Translations under genes and position numbers: made by a program | Notes under the pieces: model-generated | What the model was told of the DNA's origin: nothing | Databases searched by the model: none | The model's input: the letters and a program-made list of their open reading frames with translations, nothing else | Part shown: in pieces, positions 30,051 through 40,050 of the stretch | How the letters are laid out: every line of letters begins with the position of its first letter | Numbering within the stretch: position 1 is the stretch's first letter | DNA from: an uncultured delta proteobacterium | GTDB lineage: Bacteria; Myxococcota_A; Polyangia; Polyangiales; Polyangiaceae | DNA length: 64,000 nt | Assembly (NCBI GenBank): GCA_963716725.1 | Contig: CAVQUB010000017.1 | Coordinates: 1 to 64,000 of the forward strand | Direction of reading: 5' to 3'

Positions 30051-31567
30051 TCGAGCTCGGTCGTCGGTTGCGCGTTGCGCAGCGGTGGAGCGCCGACGTC
30101 GTCATCGTCGGCACGGGTGCCGGCGGCGGCATGGCTGCCAGCGAGCTTTCGCGGCGTGGGGCCCGCGTCATCGCCCTCGAGGAGGGCCCGTCGCTCAGCG
30201 CTCGCGACATGTCCCAGCGCGAGGACGAGATGATGCCGCTCCTCTACCAAGATGGCGGCGGCCGATCGACGGCCGATCTCGCGATTCGTGTGATTGGCGG
30301 GCGCACGGTGGGCGGAAGCACCGTGCACAACATCAACTTGTGCAAACGCCTGCCGACCGAGGTCCTCGAGCACTGGGCCAAGGACCACCAGGTGAGCGGG
30401 CTGTCCGAGCCGGAGCTCCGCCCGGTGTTCGAGAGCGTCGAGCGCGATCTGTCCGTGAGCCTGATCGAGCCGGAGCGTCGCAACGCAAACAACCGCGTGC
30501 TCGAGCGGGGCGTGGCTGCTCTCGGTTACAAAGGCGGCCCGCTGGCCCACAATCGCCTGGGCTGTCAGGGATCGGGCTTCTGTGAGATCGGCTGCCCCTA
30601 CGACGCCAAGCAGAACTCCGCGAAGATCCTGATCCCCGACGCGATCGACCGCGGCGCGAAGGTCGTGGCCGACGTGCGCGTCAAGCGCATCTTGCACGAC
30701 GGCCGACGCGCGCGCGGAGTGGTGGGGGTCGCCATCGGCGCGGACGGCCGGCCCGTCGCCGACGTGCGCGTGGACGCCAGTGCGGTCGTGCTCGCGGGCA
30801 GCGCCATCGGCAGCGCAGCGCTCGGCGTCGCGAGTCATCTGCCCGATCCCCACGCGCGCCTCGGGCGCGGGCTCCGCATGCACCCGGGCGTGGCCGTGGC
30901 GGGTCTCTTCGACGAGCGCATCGACGGGCACAAGGGCATTCCTCAGAGCTACGAGTGCACCGAGTTGCTCGATCTCTCACCCGGCAGCGACAAACGGGTG
31001 TGGATCACGACGGCCTTCGCTCACCCCATCGGCGCCGCCATCATGCTGCCGGGCTTTGGAGAGAAGCACCGCGCGTGGATGCTGCGCTACCCGCAGATCG
31101 CCGTGCTGACGGCGATGCTGCACGACGAGAGCGCGGGGCGCGTCTCGCTCGCCCGCGACGGCCGGCCTCGCATCGACTACGTGCTCTCACCGGCGGACTC
31201 GGATCAGCTCGCGCGCGGTGTCCGCGCGTGTTCGCGCCTCCTCTTCGCCGCCGGCGCCCGCGAGGTGCTGGTGACCAGCACCCCGCCCATGACGCTGTCA
31301 CGCCCCGATCAGATCGAGTCGATCCCCGGCTCCATTGCCCGTCCCCACGGCATGCCCATGGCCGCAGTTCACCCCATGGGCACCATGTGTCTGGGCGACG
31401 ATCCGAGGCGCGCCGTGGTCAGGAGCACCGGCGAGCACCACCAGATCGAGGGGCTGTTCGTGCTGGACGGATCGCTGTTCCCGACCAGCATCGGCGGTCC
31501 ACCGCAGATCGGTATCTACACGCTGTCGCGGCACCTGAGCCGGCACGTGGTCACGCGCCTGGGGTGA
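30047..31567 (+). CDS. GMC-family oxidoreductase
   Basis: GTGAGG, VGGSTVHN, C.GSGFCEIGC, HPMGT, DGSLFPT. Confidence 0.92.
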   Translation: MIELGRRLRVAQRWSADVVIVGTGAGGGMAASELSRRGARVIALEEGPSLSARDMSQREDEMMPLLYQDGGGRSTADLAIRVIGGRTVGGSTVHNINLCKRLPTEVLEHWAKDHQVSGLSEPELRPVFESVERDLSVSLIEPERRNANNRVLERGVAALGYKGGPLAHNRLGCQGSGFCEIGCPYDAKQNSAKILIPDAIDRGAKVVADVRVKRILHDGRRARGVVGVAIGADGRPVADVRVDASAVVLAGSAIGSAALGVASHLPDPHARLGRGLRMHPGVAVAGLFDERIDGHKGIPQSYECTELLDLSPGSDKRVWITTAFAHPIGAAIMLPGFGEKHRAWMLRYPQIAVLTAMLHDESAGRVSLARDGRPRIDYVLSPADSDQLARGVRACSRLLFAAGAREVLVTSTPPMTLSRPDQIESIPGSIARPHGMPMAAVHPMGTMCLGDDPRRAVVRSTGEHHQIEGLFVLDGSLFPTSIGGPPQIGIYTLSRHLSRHVVTRLG

Positions 31568-31580
31568 GCGCGATCGTCCC

Positions 31581-32846
31581 TCACGCCCCTGCGGCCACCA
31601 CACACGTGCCGCAGAAGGCGAATATCCAGGCGATGAACAGGAGCGCGATCACGCCGAGCACGATCCAGACCCAGGAGACGCCCCGCGAGGCCGCTGCTGG
31701 CGGCGGAGGGACGAACCCTCCCGGCGCGTAGGGTGAGGGGAGGGTCGGCTGCGGTGTGGCGAGCGGAGCTCCCACTTGGGGTGAGCTGCCGTAGGGCGAC
31801 AGGGGCGTGATCGGATGCGGGGTCGCGACCTGGGGGGCGACCTGGCTCGGGTAAGCCGGGCCGCCCGGCGCCGTCCCCGGCGCTTGGCTGGATTCGGCGA
31901 GGGGCGTGAAGGACTCGGCGGGCAGGTAGGGCAGGCACTGCTCGACGGCGGAGCGGAAGTCACGCGCCGACTGGTAGCGGTAGGCCGGGTCTTTCTGCAG
32001 TGCGTGCATGAGCACGGTCTCGAGGGCCGGCGGCAGACCTGGACGGAGCAGGCTCGGCGCAGGCGGCATTTGCTCCACGTGGGCCTTGAGCAGCTCGTAC
32101 ATGGTCTGGGCAGGGAAGGGTCGCTGCCCGGTGCAGCCCTCGAACAAGATCACGCCGGTCGCGTACAGATCCGAGCGATGATCGACGTGCATGCCCTGCG
32201 CCTGCTCCGGCGACATGTACTGCGGCGTCCCGAGCAGCGAACCCGTGCGGGTCGCGTCGCTGACTCCTCCCTGATCGGGTCGCAGCTTGGCGATGCCAAA
32301 ATCGAGGATCTTCACCCGCCCGTTGTTCAGGATGTAGACGTTGTCGGGCTTGAGATCCCGGTGCACGATCTGCTGGTCGTGGGCGGCTCCCAGTCCTTCG
32401 AGTAGGTCCATCACGACTCGGCAGAGCGCGCCGAGTGGCAGACCGCCGATGCGCTTCATGACCGCCGAGAGTGGCAGCCCATCGAGCAGCTCCATCACGA
32501 TGTACGGCCGCTTCTCCGCAGTCCACGAGTAGTCCGAGACGGTCACGATGTTGTCGTGACGGATCAGGTTCACCGCCTTGGCTTCGGCGAAGAAGCGCTC
32601 GACCAATGAAGGATGCTGGCTGCACTCCTGGGACAGGAACTTGATGGCGACCCGGCTGCCGATGCTCGGGTGGACGCCCTTGTAGACCGAGCCCATGCCG
32701 CCTTTGCCGAGCAGCGTCGTGATGCGAAAGCTGCCGACCATCTGTCCGAGCAGCGGGTCGTCGGCGCCGCTCGCGAGGGCGCCGCCGTCTTCGGTGCAGA
32801 ACCCCGCGGCGGGGAACGAGCGACCGCACTCGGGACACACGAACAT
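31581..32846 (-). CDS. Hanks-type Ser/Thr kinase with N-terminal zinc ribbon and C-terminal TM
   Basis: CPEC..FC, GKGGMG, VAIK, HRDLKPDN, DFG, GTPQYMSPE. Confidence 0.95.
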   Translation of the reverse strand: MFVCPECGRSFPAAGFCTEDGGALASGADDPLLGQMVGSFRITTLLGKGGMGSVYKGVHPSIGSRVAIKFLSQECSQHPSLVERFFAEAKAVNLIRHDNIVTVSDYSWTAEKRPYIVMELLDGLPLSAVMKRIGGLPLGALCRVVMDLLEGLGAAHDQQIVHRDLKPDNVYILNNGRVKILDFGIAKLRPDQGGVSDATRTGSLLGTPQYMSPEQAQGMHVDHRSDLYATGVILFEGCTGQRPFPAQTMYELLKAHVEQMPPAPSLLRPGLPPALETVLMHALQKDPAYRYQSARDFRSAVEQCLPYLPAESFTPLAESSQAPGTAPGGPAYPSQVAPQVATPHPITPLSPYGSSPQVGAPLATPQPTLPSPYAPGGFVPPPPAAASRGVSWVWIVLGVIALLFIAWIFAFCGTCVVAAGA

Positions 32847-32893
32847 GGGCGGGCAGCAGCTTTACAGAGCTCCGGGAGCCCGTCCACCGGGCG

Positions 32894-34342
32894 TCAGTGT
32901 TTGCGCCGCCCGGCCAGGATCTTGACGAAGGAGCGGGACCCGAGTTCGTCGGCGGACAGCCCCGAGAGGCGAGCTGCTTCGTCCTCGGTGAGGGCGCCGC
33001 AGTTCTTTGCACGCAAGAAGAAGTTGAGCAGCCCCTGCCCGGTGGCCGCGTCGTCGAAGAGGTCGCCCACCAGGGTCGCCTGCGCTGCGCGCTTGATGAA
33101 ATTGGTGAGGCGATCGCTGGCCGCGTCGAGCCCGCCGAGGAAGAAGCTGTACACTGCCGCGTAGCGCGTCACGAGCTGCGCCGGGTGCAGGTCCCAGCCT
33201 TGGTAGTAGCCGCCCACGAGGCCGTGCATGGCGTTGTCGTAGTGGAGCTTCCAGGCGCGCTGCACGCTCTCGAGGTTCTCGGAGGCCTGCTTCGGCCCCA
33301 GGGGAGGGCCGTCCTTGGCCTGTGCGTGGGGCGCGATGGGCATCACGGTGGTCGCGCCGTCGCTCATCCAGATCCCGGTGCTGGCCAGGCTGACCTGCAT
33401 CACGTGCTTCGCGAAGTCGCACGAAAGGTGCTTGATGCTCTGGTGCGCGGCGGTGACGTTGCAACTGGCCGTGTAGTCGTAGGTGCCGAAGTGCGCAGAG
33501 ATCACCCGGCCCTCGCCGGCGTCGATCAAGCTGGGCAGGCTGACGCGGCCGTCGGCGGCGAAGATGGCCTGAGTCGTTTCGATCATCAGCTCCATCTTGA
33601 GGGCGCCCGGCGCGAGCCCGGTCTTCTTCTCGAGCGCGTCGAACAAGCCCCGCAGCGTCACGATCTGCTCGGGCATCATCACCTTGGGCAGGGTCACGAC
33701 GAAGTTCTCCGGCAGCTTGCCGCCGGTCTTCTCGCTCAGCGCCGTCACGTACAGATCCAGAGTTCGGATGCTGCGCGTCCGGAGCTCCGCCGACAGCGGC
33801 TTGACCCGGATGCCGACGAAGGGAGACAGCACCTGCTCGGCCATGCCCTTGGCGGTCTCGTCGGCGGCGGCGATGGCGTGACCGTCTTCTTCGGCGTCCG
33901 GCCGGTTGCCGTAGCCGTCCTCGAAATCGATGCGGTAGTCCTCGATCGGCTCCCGGGCGAGCTTCTCCTTGATGCGATCGTAGAGCACGACGGCGAGCGC
34001 CGCGTGGCGATGGGTGCGCCGAGCGAGCTCCGGGTTCTCCCTCACCGCCTGGGCCACGCTCTCGGCCTCGGCGAGCGAGCTCGGCAGCGTTTGGCTGCCC
34101 GGTAGATCGATGGCCCGGGCGAAGGCGAAAGGATCCGGCGCGTAGGTCGCGAGAGCGCGCAGGCCGAGGTCGCCGAGCTTCTTGGCGGTGCCCGCCTTGA
34201 ACAGATGCGCGCCGCCGTAGACCGTGTGCACCGGCTGTCGCGCGCCCGTTTCTCCTGGGAAGTGCCGCGCGAAGCGCTGTTCGGCGTCAGTGAGCGGAGC
34301 GAGCAGAGCGTTGATGTCCTGAGGACCGAGCGACGTCTTCAT
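32894..34342 (-). CDS. HpcH/HpaI aldolase-citrate lyase-like protein (DUF6986 type)
   Basis: RQPVHTVYGGA, RIDFEDGYG, TLPKV, HFGTYDY, QGWDLHP. Confidence 0.75.
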   Translation of the reverse strand: MKTSLGPQDINALLAPLTDAEQRFARHFPGETGARQPVHTVYGGAHLFKAGTAKKLGDLGLRALATYAPDPFAFARAIDLPGSQTLPSSLAEAESVAQAVRENPELARRTHRHAALAVVLYDRIKEKLAREPIEDYRIDFEDGYGNRPDAEEDGHAIAAADETAKGMAEQVLSPFVGIRVKPLSAELRTRSIRTLDLYVTALSEKTGGKLPENFVVTLPKVMMPEQIVTLRGLFDALEKKTGLAPGALKMELMIETTQAIFAADGRVSLPSLIDAGEGRVISAHFGTYDYTASCNVTAAHQSIKHLSCDFAKHVMQVSLASTGIWMSDGATTVMPIAPHAQAKDGPPLGPKQASENLESVQRAWKLHYDNAMHGLVGGYYQGWDLHPAQLVTRYAAVYSFFLGGLDAASDRLTNFIKRAAQATLVGDLFDDAATGQGLLNFFLRAKNCGALTEDEAARLSGLSADELGSRSFVKILAGRRKH

Positions 34343-34421
34343 GGCGAGGGCAGGCTTAGCTCAGTTTCGCGCCCGACGACAGCCCGAGCCGACCGCGCGC
34401 AACGCCTGCGCGTCGCGGCGC

Positions 34422-35594
34422 TCACTCGTCGTACAGCCCCAGCTCGCGGCAGATGATCTGCTGCTGAATTTCGTTCGTTCCCTCCCAAATCGGCCCGACG
34501 CGCGCGTCCCGGAAGTAGCGCTCCACGGGGAGATCTTCGACGTAGCCGTAGGCGCCGTGGATCTGCACTGCGTCGGAGGTGATCTCCACGGCCGCCTCGG
34601 TGGCAAAGAGCTTGGCTTCGCTGACCAGGCGCGTGCAGCGCTGGCCGCTGTCGAGCAACTCCGAAGCGTGCTGGATCAGTGCCCGGGCGGCGTCGATGCG
34701 GGTGGCCATGCGGGCGACCTTGAAGCCGGTGGCCTGGTGCTGGCCGATGGGCTTGCCGAATGCCGTACGCACCTTCACGTAAGCCAGCGATGCTTCGAAG
34801 GCCGCCTGCGCGACGCCCAGGCTGAGCGCCGCGATGAAGAGCCGGTTCACGTCGAGCAGCTCCATCATCTGGCGAAAGCCTCGCCCCGCTCCGGTGCCCC
34901 CGCCCAGACCCCCCGCGGGAGCGAAGGCATCGTCGAAGAACACCTCGCCGGTCTCGCTCGATCGCATGCCAAGCTTCTTCATGGGCGGGCCCAAGCTCAT
35001 GCCCGGCGTCCCGCGCAGGATCACGTGCACGCCGATGCCCTTGGCGCGCTCTTCTCGGGAAAGGCCCCCGTGATCGGCGCGAACAGCGGCGACCAAGAAA
35101 GCGTCGGCGGTGGGACCGTTCGAAATGAACGTCTTCTGTCCGCGCAGCAGCACGCCGCCCTCGGTCTTGGTCGCGGTGGTGGTCATGCCTGCGAGGTCCG
35201 AGCCGCCGCGGGGCTCGGTGAAGGCCAGCGCGGGAAGGATCTGACCGGCCATGAGCGGCTCGAGCAAAGCGAGGTTCGGGCGATCGCCTTGCAGGCGCAC
35301 CAGCACCGCTGGCGACAGGATGCTGGCCATCGCACCGATGGCGAAGCCCCCCGACACGCGCGCGATCTCCTCCGCTACGACGCAGTGCAAGAGCGAACCG
35401 CCGCCGCTGCCTCCCAGGCTCTCGGGAACACCGATGGCCAACAGACCGAGTTCGGCGAGTCGCGGCAGCACGCTGTCGCGGGGAAATCGCCCGCTCGCCT
35501 CAGCCTCGCTCACCAGCGGAGCGAGCTCGCGCAGGGCGAAGTCGCGCACGCACTTTTGAACGGCAGCTTCCTCGTCGTTCAGGCGATAGCTCAT
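34422..35594 (-). CDS. Acyl-CoA dehydrogenase
   Basis: FTEPRGGSD, KTFISNG, KLGMR, R.AFGKPI, QIHGAYG, IWEGTNEIQ. Confidence 0.95.
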   Translation of the reverse strand: MSYRLNDEEAAVQKCVRDFALRELAPLVSEAEASGRFPRDSVLPRLAELGLLAIGVPESLGGSGGGSLLHCVVAEEIARVSGGFAIGAMASILSPAVLVRLQGDRPNLALLEPLMAGQILPALAFTEPRGGSDLAGMTTTATKTEGGVLLRGQKTFISNGPTADAFLVAAVRADHGGLSREERAKGIGVHVILRGTPGMSLGPPMKKLGMRSSETGEVFFDDAFAPAGGLGGGTGAGRGFRQMMELLDVNRLFIAALSLGVAQAAFEASLAYVKVRTAFGKPIGQHQATGFKVARMATRIDAARALIQHASELLDSGQRCTRLVSEAKLFATEAAVEITSDAVQIHGAYGYVEDLPVERYFRDARVGPIWEGTNEIQQQIICRELGLYDE

Positions 35595-35684
35595 GGTCGA
35601 ACCCTCGCTCGCGCAGGTCGTCGCGACAAGCGCATGACGGCCGTCAGTAGATTGTGCGGGCAGAACGCGGAAGATGAAAGGACG

Positions 35685-37539
35685 ATGTCTGCTGGGTTCT
35701 CGTTCCGAGTCTTCGTCCTGATGATCGCCGTGGCTGGGGTCGGTCGCGCTCAGGTCTCCGGCGTCGTGCGCGACAGCGCGAACCAACCGGTCGTCGATGC
35801 CATCGTCACGCTCCAGGCCAGCTCCATCGAGACCAAGACAGACGCGAGCGGCGCGTATTCATTGCCCGGTGTCAGCGGAACGGATCTGTACATCGTCGCC
35901 GCCAAGCCGGGTCACTACTACGGCTACGTGATGGTCACGCCCCCGGTGACCGCGGCCGACATCCAGATCGAAGCGGTGCCGAGCAGTAACGATCCCGCGT
36001 ACCTGATCAAGCCACCCGAGTCCTGCGCGTCGTGCCACGACGAGGCGTATACGGCGTGGAAGAAATCCGCCATGGGCAAGGCCGGGACCAACACCTGGGT
36101 CTACGACGTGTACGACGGCAGCGGCACGCCGGGCGGCAAGGGTGGCTTCGTGTACACGCGCGACAGCGTGCTTTCGAAGAAGAATCCGGCCAGCGAGTGC
36201 GCCGCGTGCCACCAACCCGAGCTGTGGTGGAACAAACCCTACACGCCGCTGGACCCGCTCTCGGCAAAGTCGGACGCCATCGGGCATGGAGTGTCCTGCG
36301 AGGTGTGCCACAAGATTTCGAAAATCGACGAGACGAAGCCCAACTTCCCGGGGCTCTGGCCCGGCGTCGTAGAAGTGGTGAAGCCGGGAGGAGCGCCCTT
36401 CAAGCAGGTGATGTTCGGGGTCTTGGGCGACGTGACCTACGGCATCGACAACACCATGAAGGCCGCCTACCAGCCGCAGCTCAGCGCCGCGGTGTGCGCG
36501 GCCTGCCACCAGGACAAAAACGACCCCGACGAAGACGGCGATTTCGAAGAAGCCAACGGTGTGGTCAGCGAGCCGACCTACCAAGAGTGGCTCGACTCAC
36601 CCTACGCGGATCCGGCGAGCCCGAAGCACGCCACCTGCGTCGACTGCCACATGAAGCCGACCGGAGCGAACCAGGCTTGCTCCATGCAGTTCCCGCCGCT
36701 GAAGCGGCCCATGGGCGACGTGCGCTCCCACGCCTTTCCGGGCACGACTCCGGAGTTCCTCGAGAACGCGGTCACGCTGACCCTGAAGGCGACCAAGTCC
36801 GACACCAGCATCGCCGTCGAGGTCACGCTCGAAAATGCCAAGGCCGGACATCATGTCCCGACCGGTGTGACGATCCGCAACATGATCCTGCTGGTCGAAG
36901 CCTTCCGTCAGCAAGACGGCAAGAAGCTCGAGCCCACGGGCACCGAGGTCGTGCATGAGCTCGGCGGCGTCGGAGATCCCGCCAAGGGCTACTTTGCGGG
37001 GCTGCCGGGCAGGCTGTACGCGAAGGTCAACGGCGACGCGCTGGGCAAGGGGCCGACCTTCTTCACCGACGCCACCAGCATCCTCTGGGACAACCGCCTG
37101 CCTCCGCTGGGAAAAGACAGCACGAACTACAGCTTTGCGCTGCCGAGCGACGGCGGCGAGATCCGCGTGCGCGCGCGGCTGATCTATCGCCGCTCGTGGC
37201 GGGCTCTGGTGGACGCCAAGGGCTGGACGAAAGACGGACACGGCAGCGAACTCGAGGATTCTGAAGCCGCCCCACTTTGGGCACCTGATGGAGCAAGCCG
37301 AGGAGGTCTTCGACTTGCCCTGCGACGCCGGCGTCTGCCTGGACGCGGGCGCGAGCGGCGGCAGCGGCGGCAGCGGCGGCAGCGGTGGTACGGGAGGCAG
37401 CGGCGGCGGCAATGCCAAGCCGAGCAGCGGCGACGACGGCGGCTGTGGATGTCGCACGGCAAGTGGCAGCTCGCTGGCGCTGTGGGCGGGCCTCGCGAGT
37501 CTCGCGCTGGCGTTCAGCATGGCGCGACGACGGCGTTGA
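35685..37539 (+). pseudogene. Pentaheme c-type cytochrome with carboxypeptidase-regulatory-like N-domain and MYXO-CTERM tail; one extra base at ~37260 (real lesion or sequencing error)
   Basis: CASCH, CAACH, CEVCH, CAACH, CVDCH; removing one T at 37259/37260 joins the frame to ...LKPPHFGHLMEQ...GGCGCRT-TM-RRRR. Confidence 0.8.
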
Positions 37540-37559
37540 GCGTGGCGCGAGCCTGCGCG

Positions 37560-37700
37560 GTGTCTGACGATCTGGATCTCTTGGCGGCTCTCGCGCTCGA
37601 GGCGGCGGTCAGGGCGTGGCGTGGCGGGCTGGTCATCGCGAGTCACGACGAGCCATTCCTGCGAGCGATTGGCATCCAGCAGAGCATTGAGCTGGATGGT
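37560..37700 (+). pseudogene. Remnant of an ABC-F ATPase C-terminus
   Basis: DDLDLLAALALEAAVRAWRGGLVIASHDEPFL aligns without gaps to [32 protein letters not shown] of the ABC-F at 44971-46881. Confidence 0.55.
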
Positions 37701-37728
37701 CTTGGCGCCGCGTGCGAAATGTCACCGC

Positions 37729-38736
37729 ATGGGCGGCAAGTGGGGGCGGCGTGCGCTGACGATCCCGAGCGTCGTCGTCGCGTTTGCGCTCGTCACGCTC
37801 GCGCTGCCGCTGCTCCTTGCCATCGCCGCGCTGGTCGATGTGGCCCGCTGGCTGCTGCGCCGGCAGCGATGGACGAGCCTGCGCCTCTTGGCCTTCCTGT
37901 GGGTGTACTTGGCGGCGCAGGTCGTCGGTCTGTCGGCCTTGTTTTGGGTGTGGCTGCTGTCGTTCGGCGCCGCTGCGCGCCGGGCGGGGCGCCTGGTGGA
38001 TTGGACCTTCGAGGTGCAGCAGATCTGGGCGAGCGCGCTGTTCCGAACAGTGTGCGTCTTGTTTGGCTTGAGGGTTCGGGTCGAGGGCGAGGCCGGCCTG
38101 CGTCACGGCCCGTACGTGGTCTTCATCCGACACGCGAGCGTGATCGACACGTTGCTGCCCACCGTCTTGATCACGCGGCGACACGGCATTCGCCTCCGCT
38201 TCGTTCTCAAGCGCGAGTTGCTCGTCGATCCTTGTTTGGACGTCGCGGGGCTACGGCTTCCCAACTGCTTCGTGAGCCGCGCGGGTGAGACCAGCGCCGA
38301 CGTCGATGGGGTCGCGACGCTCGGCCGGGGCCTTGGCCCAGGGGAAGGCGTGCTCATCTACCCGGAGGGCACGCGCTTCAGCCCGGGCAAGCGACGACGC
38401 ATCCTCGCGAGGCTGTCCGGGGGATCTCCCGAGATCTTCTCGCGCGCCCAGCGCTTGTCTCAGGTGCTGCCGCCGCGACTGGGCGGAGCCCTCGCGCTGC
38501 TCGAGGCGGCAGAAGGGGCGGACGCGGTCTTCTTCGCCCACGCCGGCCTCGACGGATTCGCCAGCGTTCGAGACATCTTCGACCAAGCCCTCGGGGCACG
38601 CCGCGTCGAGGTGAAGGTCTGGCGCATTCCGCGCTCGCAGATCCCGCGGGACGAGGCGGCTCGCGTGAGGTTTCTCTACGACGAATGGCAGAAGGTCGAC
38701 GAGTGGATCGCCGCCCGGACCAGGGACGCGCTCTAG
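37729..38736 (+). CDS. PlsC-family phospholipid acyltransferase
   Basis: RHASVID (HX4D), VLKREL, IYPEGTR. Confidence 0.88.
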   Translation: MGGKWGRRALTIPSVVVAFALVTLALPLLLAIAALVDVARWLLRRQRWTSLRLLAFLWVYLAAQVVGLSALFWVWLLSFGAAARRAGRLVDWTFEVQQIWASALFRTVCVLFGLRVRVEGEAGLRHGPYVVFIRHASVIDTLLPTVLITRRHGIRLRFVLKRELLVDPCLDVAGLRLPNCFVSRAGETSADVDGVATLGRGLGPGEGVLIYPEGTRFSPGKRRRILARLSGGSPEIFSRAQRLSQVLPPRLGGALALLEAAEGADAVFFAHAGLDGFASVRDIFDQALGARRVEVKVWRIPRSQIPRDEAARVRFLYDEWQKVDEWIAARTRDAL

Positions 38737-38762
38737 GGGATGAGGGCGCGTCGCGACGCCGC

Positions 38763-39650
38763 TCACGGAACCGCAACCAGTTCGTCGATCCTTGGTTGCA
38801 GAGTGATTTCGATGCGACGGTTCTTGGCTCGGCCGTCGTCCGACGCATTGTCGGCGACGGGATCGAACTCGCCGTAGCCCGCCGCCGAGAGCTGGGTCTC
38901 GGGAACCTTGGCCTTGGCGAGCAACGCCACGACATCTAGGGCGCGCGCAGTCGACAGGGCCCAATTGGATTGGTAGCCCGAGACCTTGATCGGCTCGTTG
39001 TCCGTGTGTCCTGCCACCTGGAAGTCCCGTCCTTCGAGTGTCACCAGGACCGCCGCAACTTGTTCGAGCGCTTTCTGCCCGGCAGGCTTCAGCTTTGCCC
39101 TTCCGGAATCGAAGAGCACGTCGTTGGGTAGGACCAGCACCATTCGACCGTCTCGCAGCACGACGGAGATCTCGCCGGCATCAATCATCTTCTTGAGCTT
39201 GAGCGCGAGGTTCCGGAACAGCGCGGCGCGGGCCTCTGCCGCGGCTTGCGCCCGGCGGAGCTCGTCCAGGCGCTTCTTGGCGTCATCCAGCGCTTTGCCG
39301 AGCGTGCCCCGATCCGCCAGCAGTTTGTCCACGTTCTTACCGAGGCGCTCCAGCTCGGTGCGCAGTCCTGCGTTCATTGCAGTCTCATCGTCGAGGTCTC
39401 GCTTGCGCTGGGCGGAGCTGTCCTCGGCCAGCCCGAGTCGTCGATCCAAGTCCAGCCTCGTGAGCTTCGCTTTCGCGAGTTCTTGCTTCAGCTGAGCAAG
39501 CTCTCGGCTGCGTGCGGCGTCGCTCTCGGAAACGGCGCGCACGTTCTCCCGTAGGCGCTGAGATTCAGCCAGGGCCTCGTCGTACTTGCCCTGCGAGACG
39601 CAGCCGACGCTGCCGAGCAACAGCAGGCTCAACCAATATCGAGTTCGCAT
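38763..39650 (-). CDS. OmpA/MotB-family peptidoglycan-binding lipoprotein with coiled coil
   Basis: SVGC lipobox; VLFDSG, GHTD, NWALSTARA, NRRIEI. Confidence 0.9.
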   Translation of the reverse strand: MRTRYWLSLLLLGSVGCVSQGKYDEALAESQRLRENVRAVSESDAARSRELAQLKQELAKAKLTRLDLDRRLGLAEDSSAQRKRDLDDETAMNAGLRTELERLGKNVDKLLADRGTLGKALDDAKKRLDELRRAQAAAEARAALFRNLALKLKKMIDAGEISVVLRDGRMVLVLPNDVLFDSGRAKLKPAGQKALEQVAAVLVTLEGRDFQVAGHTDNEPIKVSGYQSNWALSTARALDVVALLAKAKVPETQLSAAGYGEFDPVADNASDDGRAKNRRIEITLQPRIDELVAVP

Positions 39651-39663
39651 GCTGGCTGCGCTC

Positions 39664-39679
39664 TGCACGAGCCGTGCCT
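39664..39679 (-). promoter_or_regulatory. Possible sigma54 -24/-12 promoter
   Basis: AGGCACG-GCTC-GTGCA (GG-N10-GC) just upstream of the OmpA/MotB start. Confidence 0.35.
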
Positions 39680-40050
39680 CGGGGACTCCATGGAGAATGG
39701 CCCCGGTGCACGCGAGAAAGCGCGCTACGCGCGACCACCGTGGCCTTGGCTCGAGCCGGGGGGCGGTTTGGCCGACGCACGCGTTGCGTGAACATGCGGT
39801 CCGGCGACCAAAGTCTGCGCGATGAACACCCTGCAATTCGATGCAGCGGTGACCGGGTGGGGCGGGGATCGTCGCGGTCCGCGGGCCGGCGTGGGGCGCG
39901 CAGCCTCGACGAGACCACTCTTGGAGCGGACGCCAAAGTTACGATGCCCCGTGTTTCCATCCGTGATGCGTCATTCGACCCAGGGCCGGTGCCGCCGTTT
40001 CCGGCGTTTGCCCGATGGCGGATCGGAGCTTTGGCCGCCATGGTGCGCGC

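Noticed and set aside
6090..37410. GGCAGCGGCGGC-type tandem repeats as a CRISPR or repeat family
   Set aside because: They encode Gly/Ser linkers in exported proteins; no spacer-repeat array or cas genes were seen in the window
34341..38288. 1315-aa ORF in the track
   Set aside because: Artefact: antisense shadow of the acyl-CoA dehydrogenase, plus the real cytochrome from 35685, plus read-through after the 37260 frameshift
38763..39650. Flagellar stator motB
   Set aside because: It has a lipobox rather than the MotB TM Asp motif, and no motA neighbour
39651..40050. 400-nt intergenic region as a riboswitch or sRNA
   Set aside because: No recognisable aptamer, repeat or terminator seen; an Rfam search would be needed
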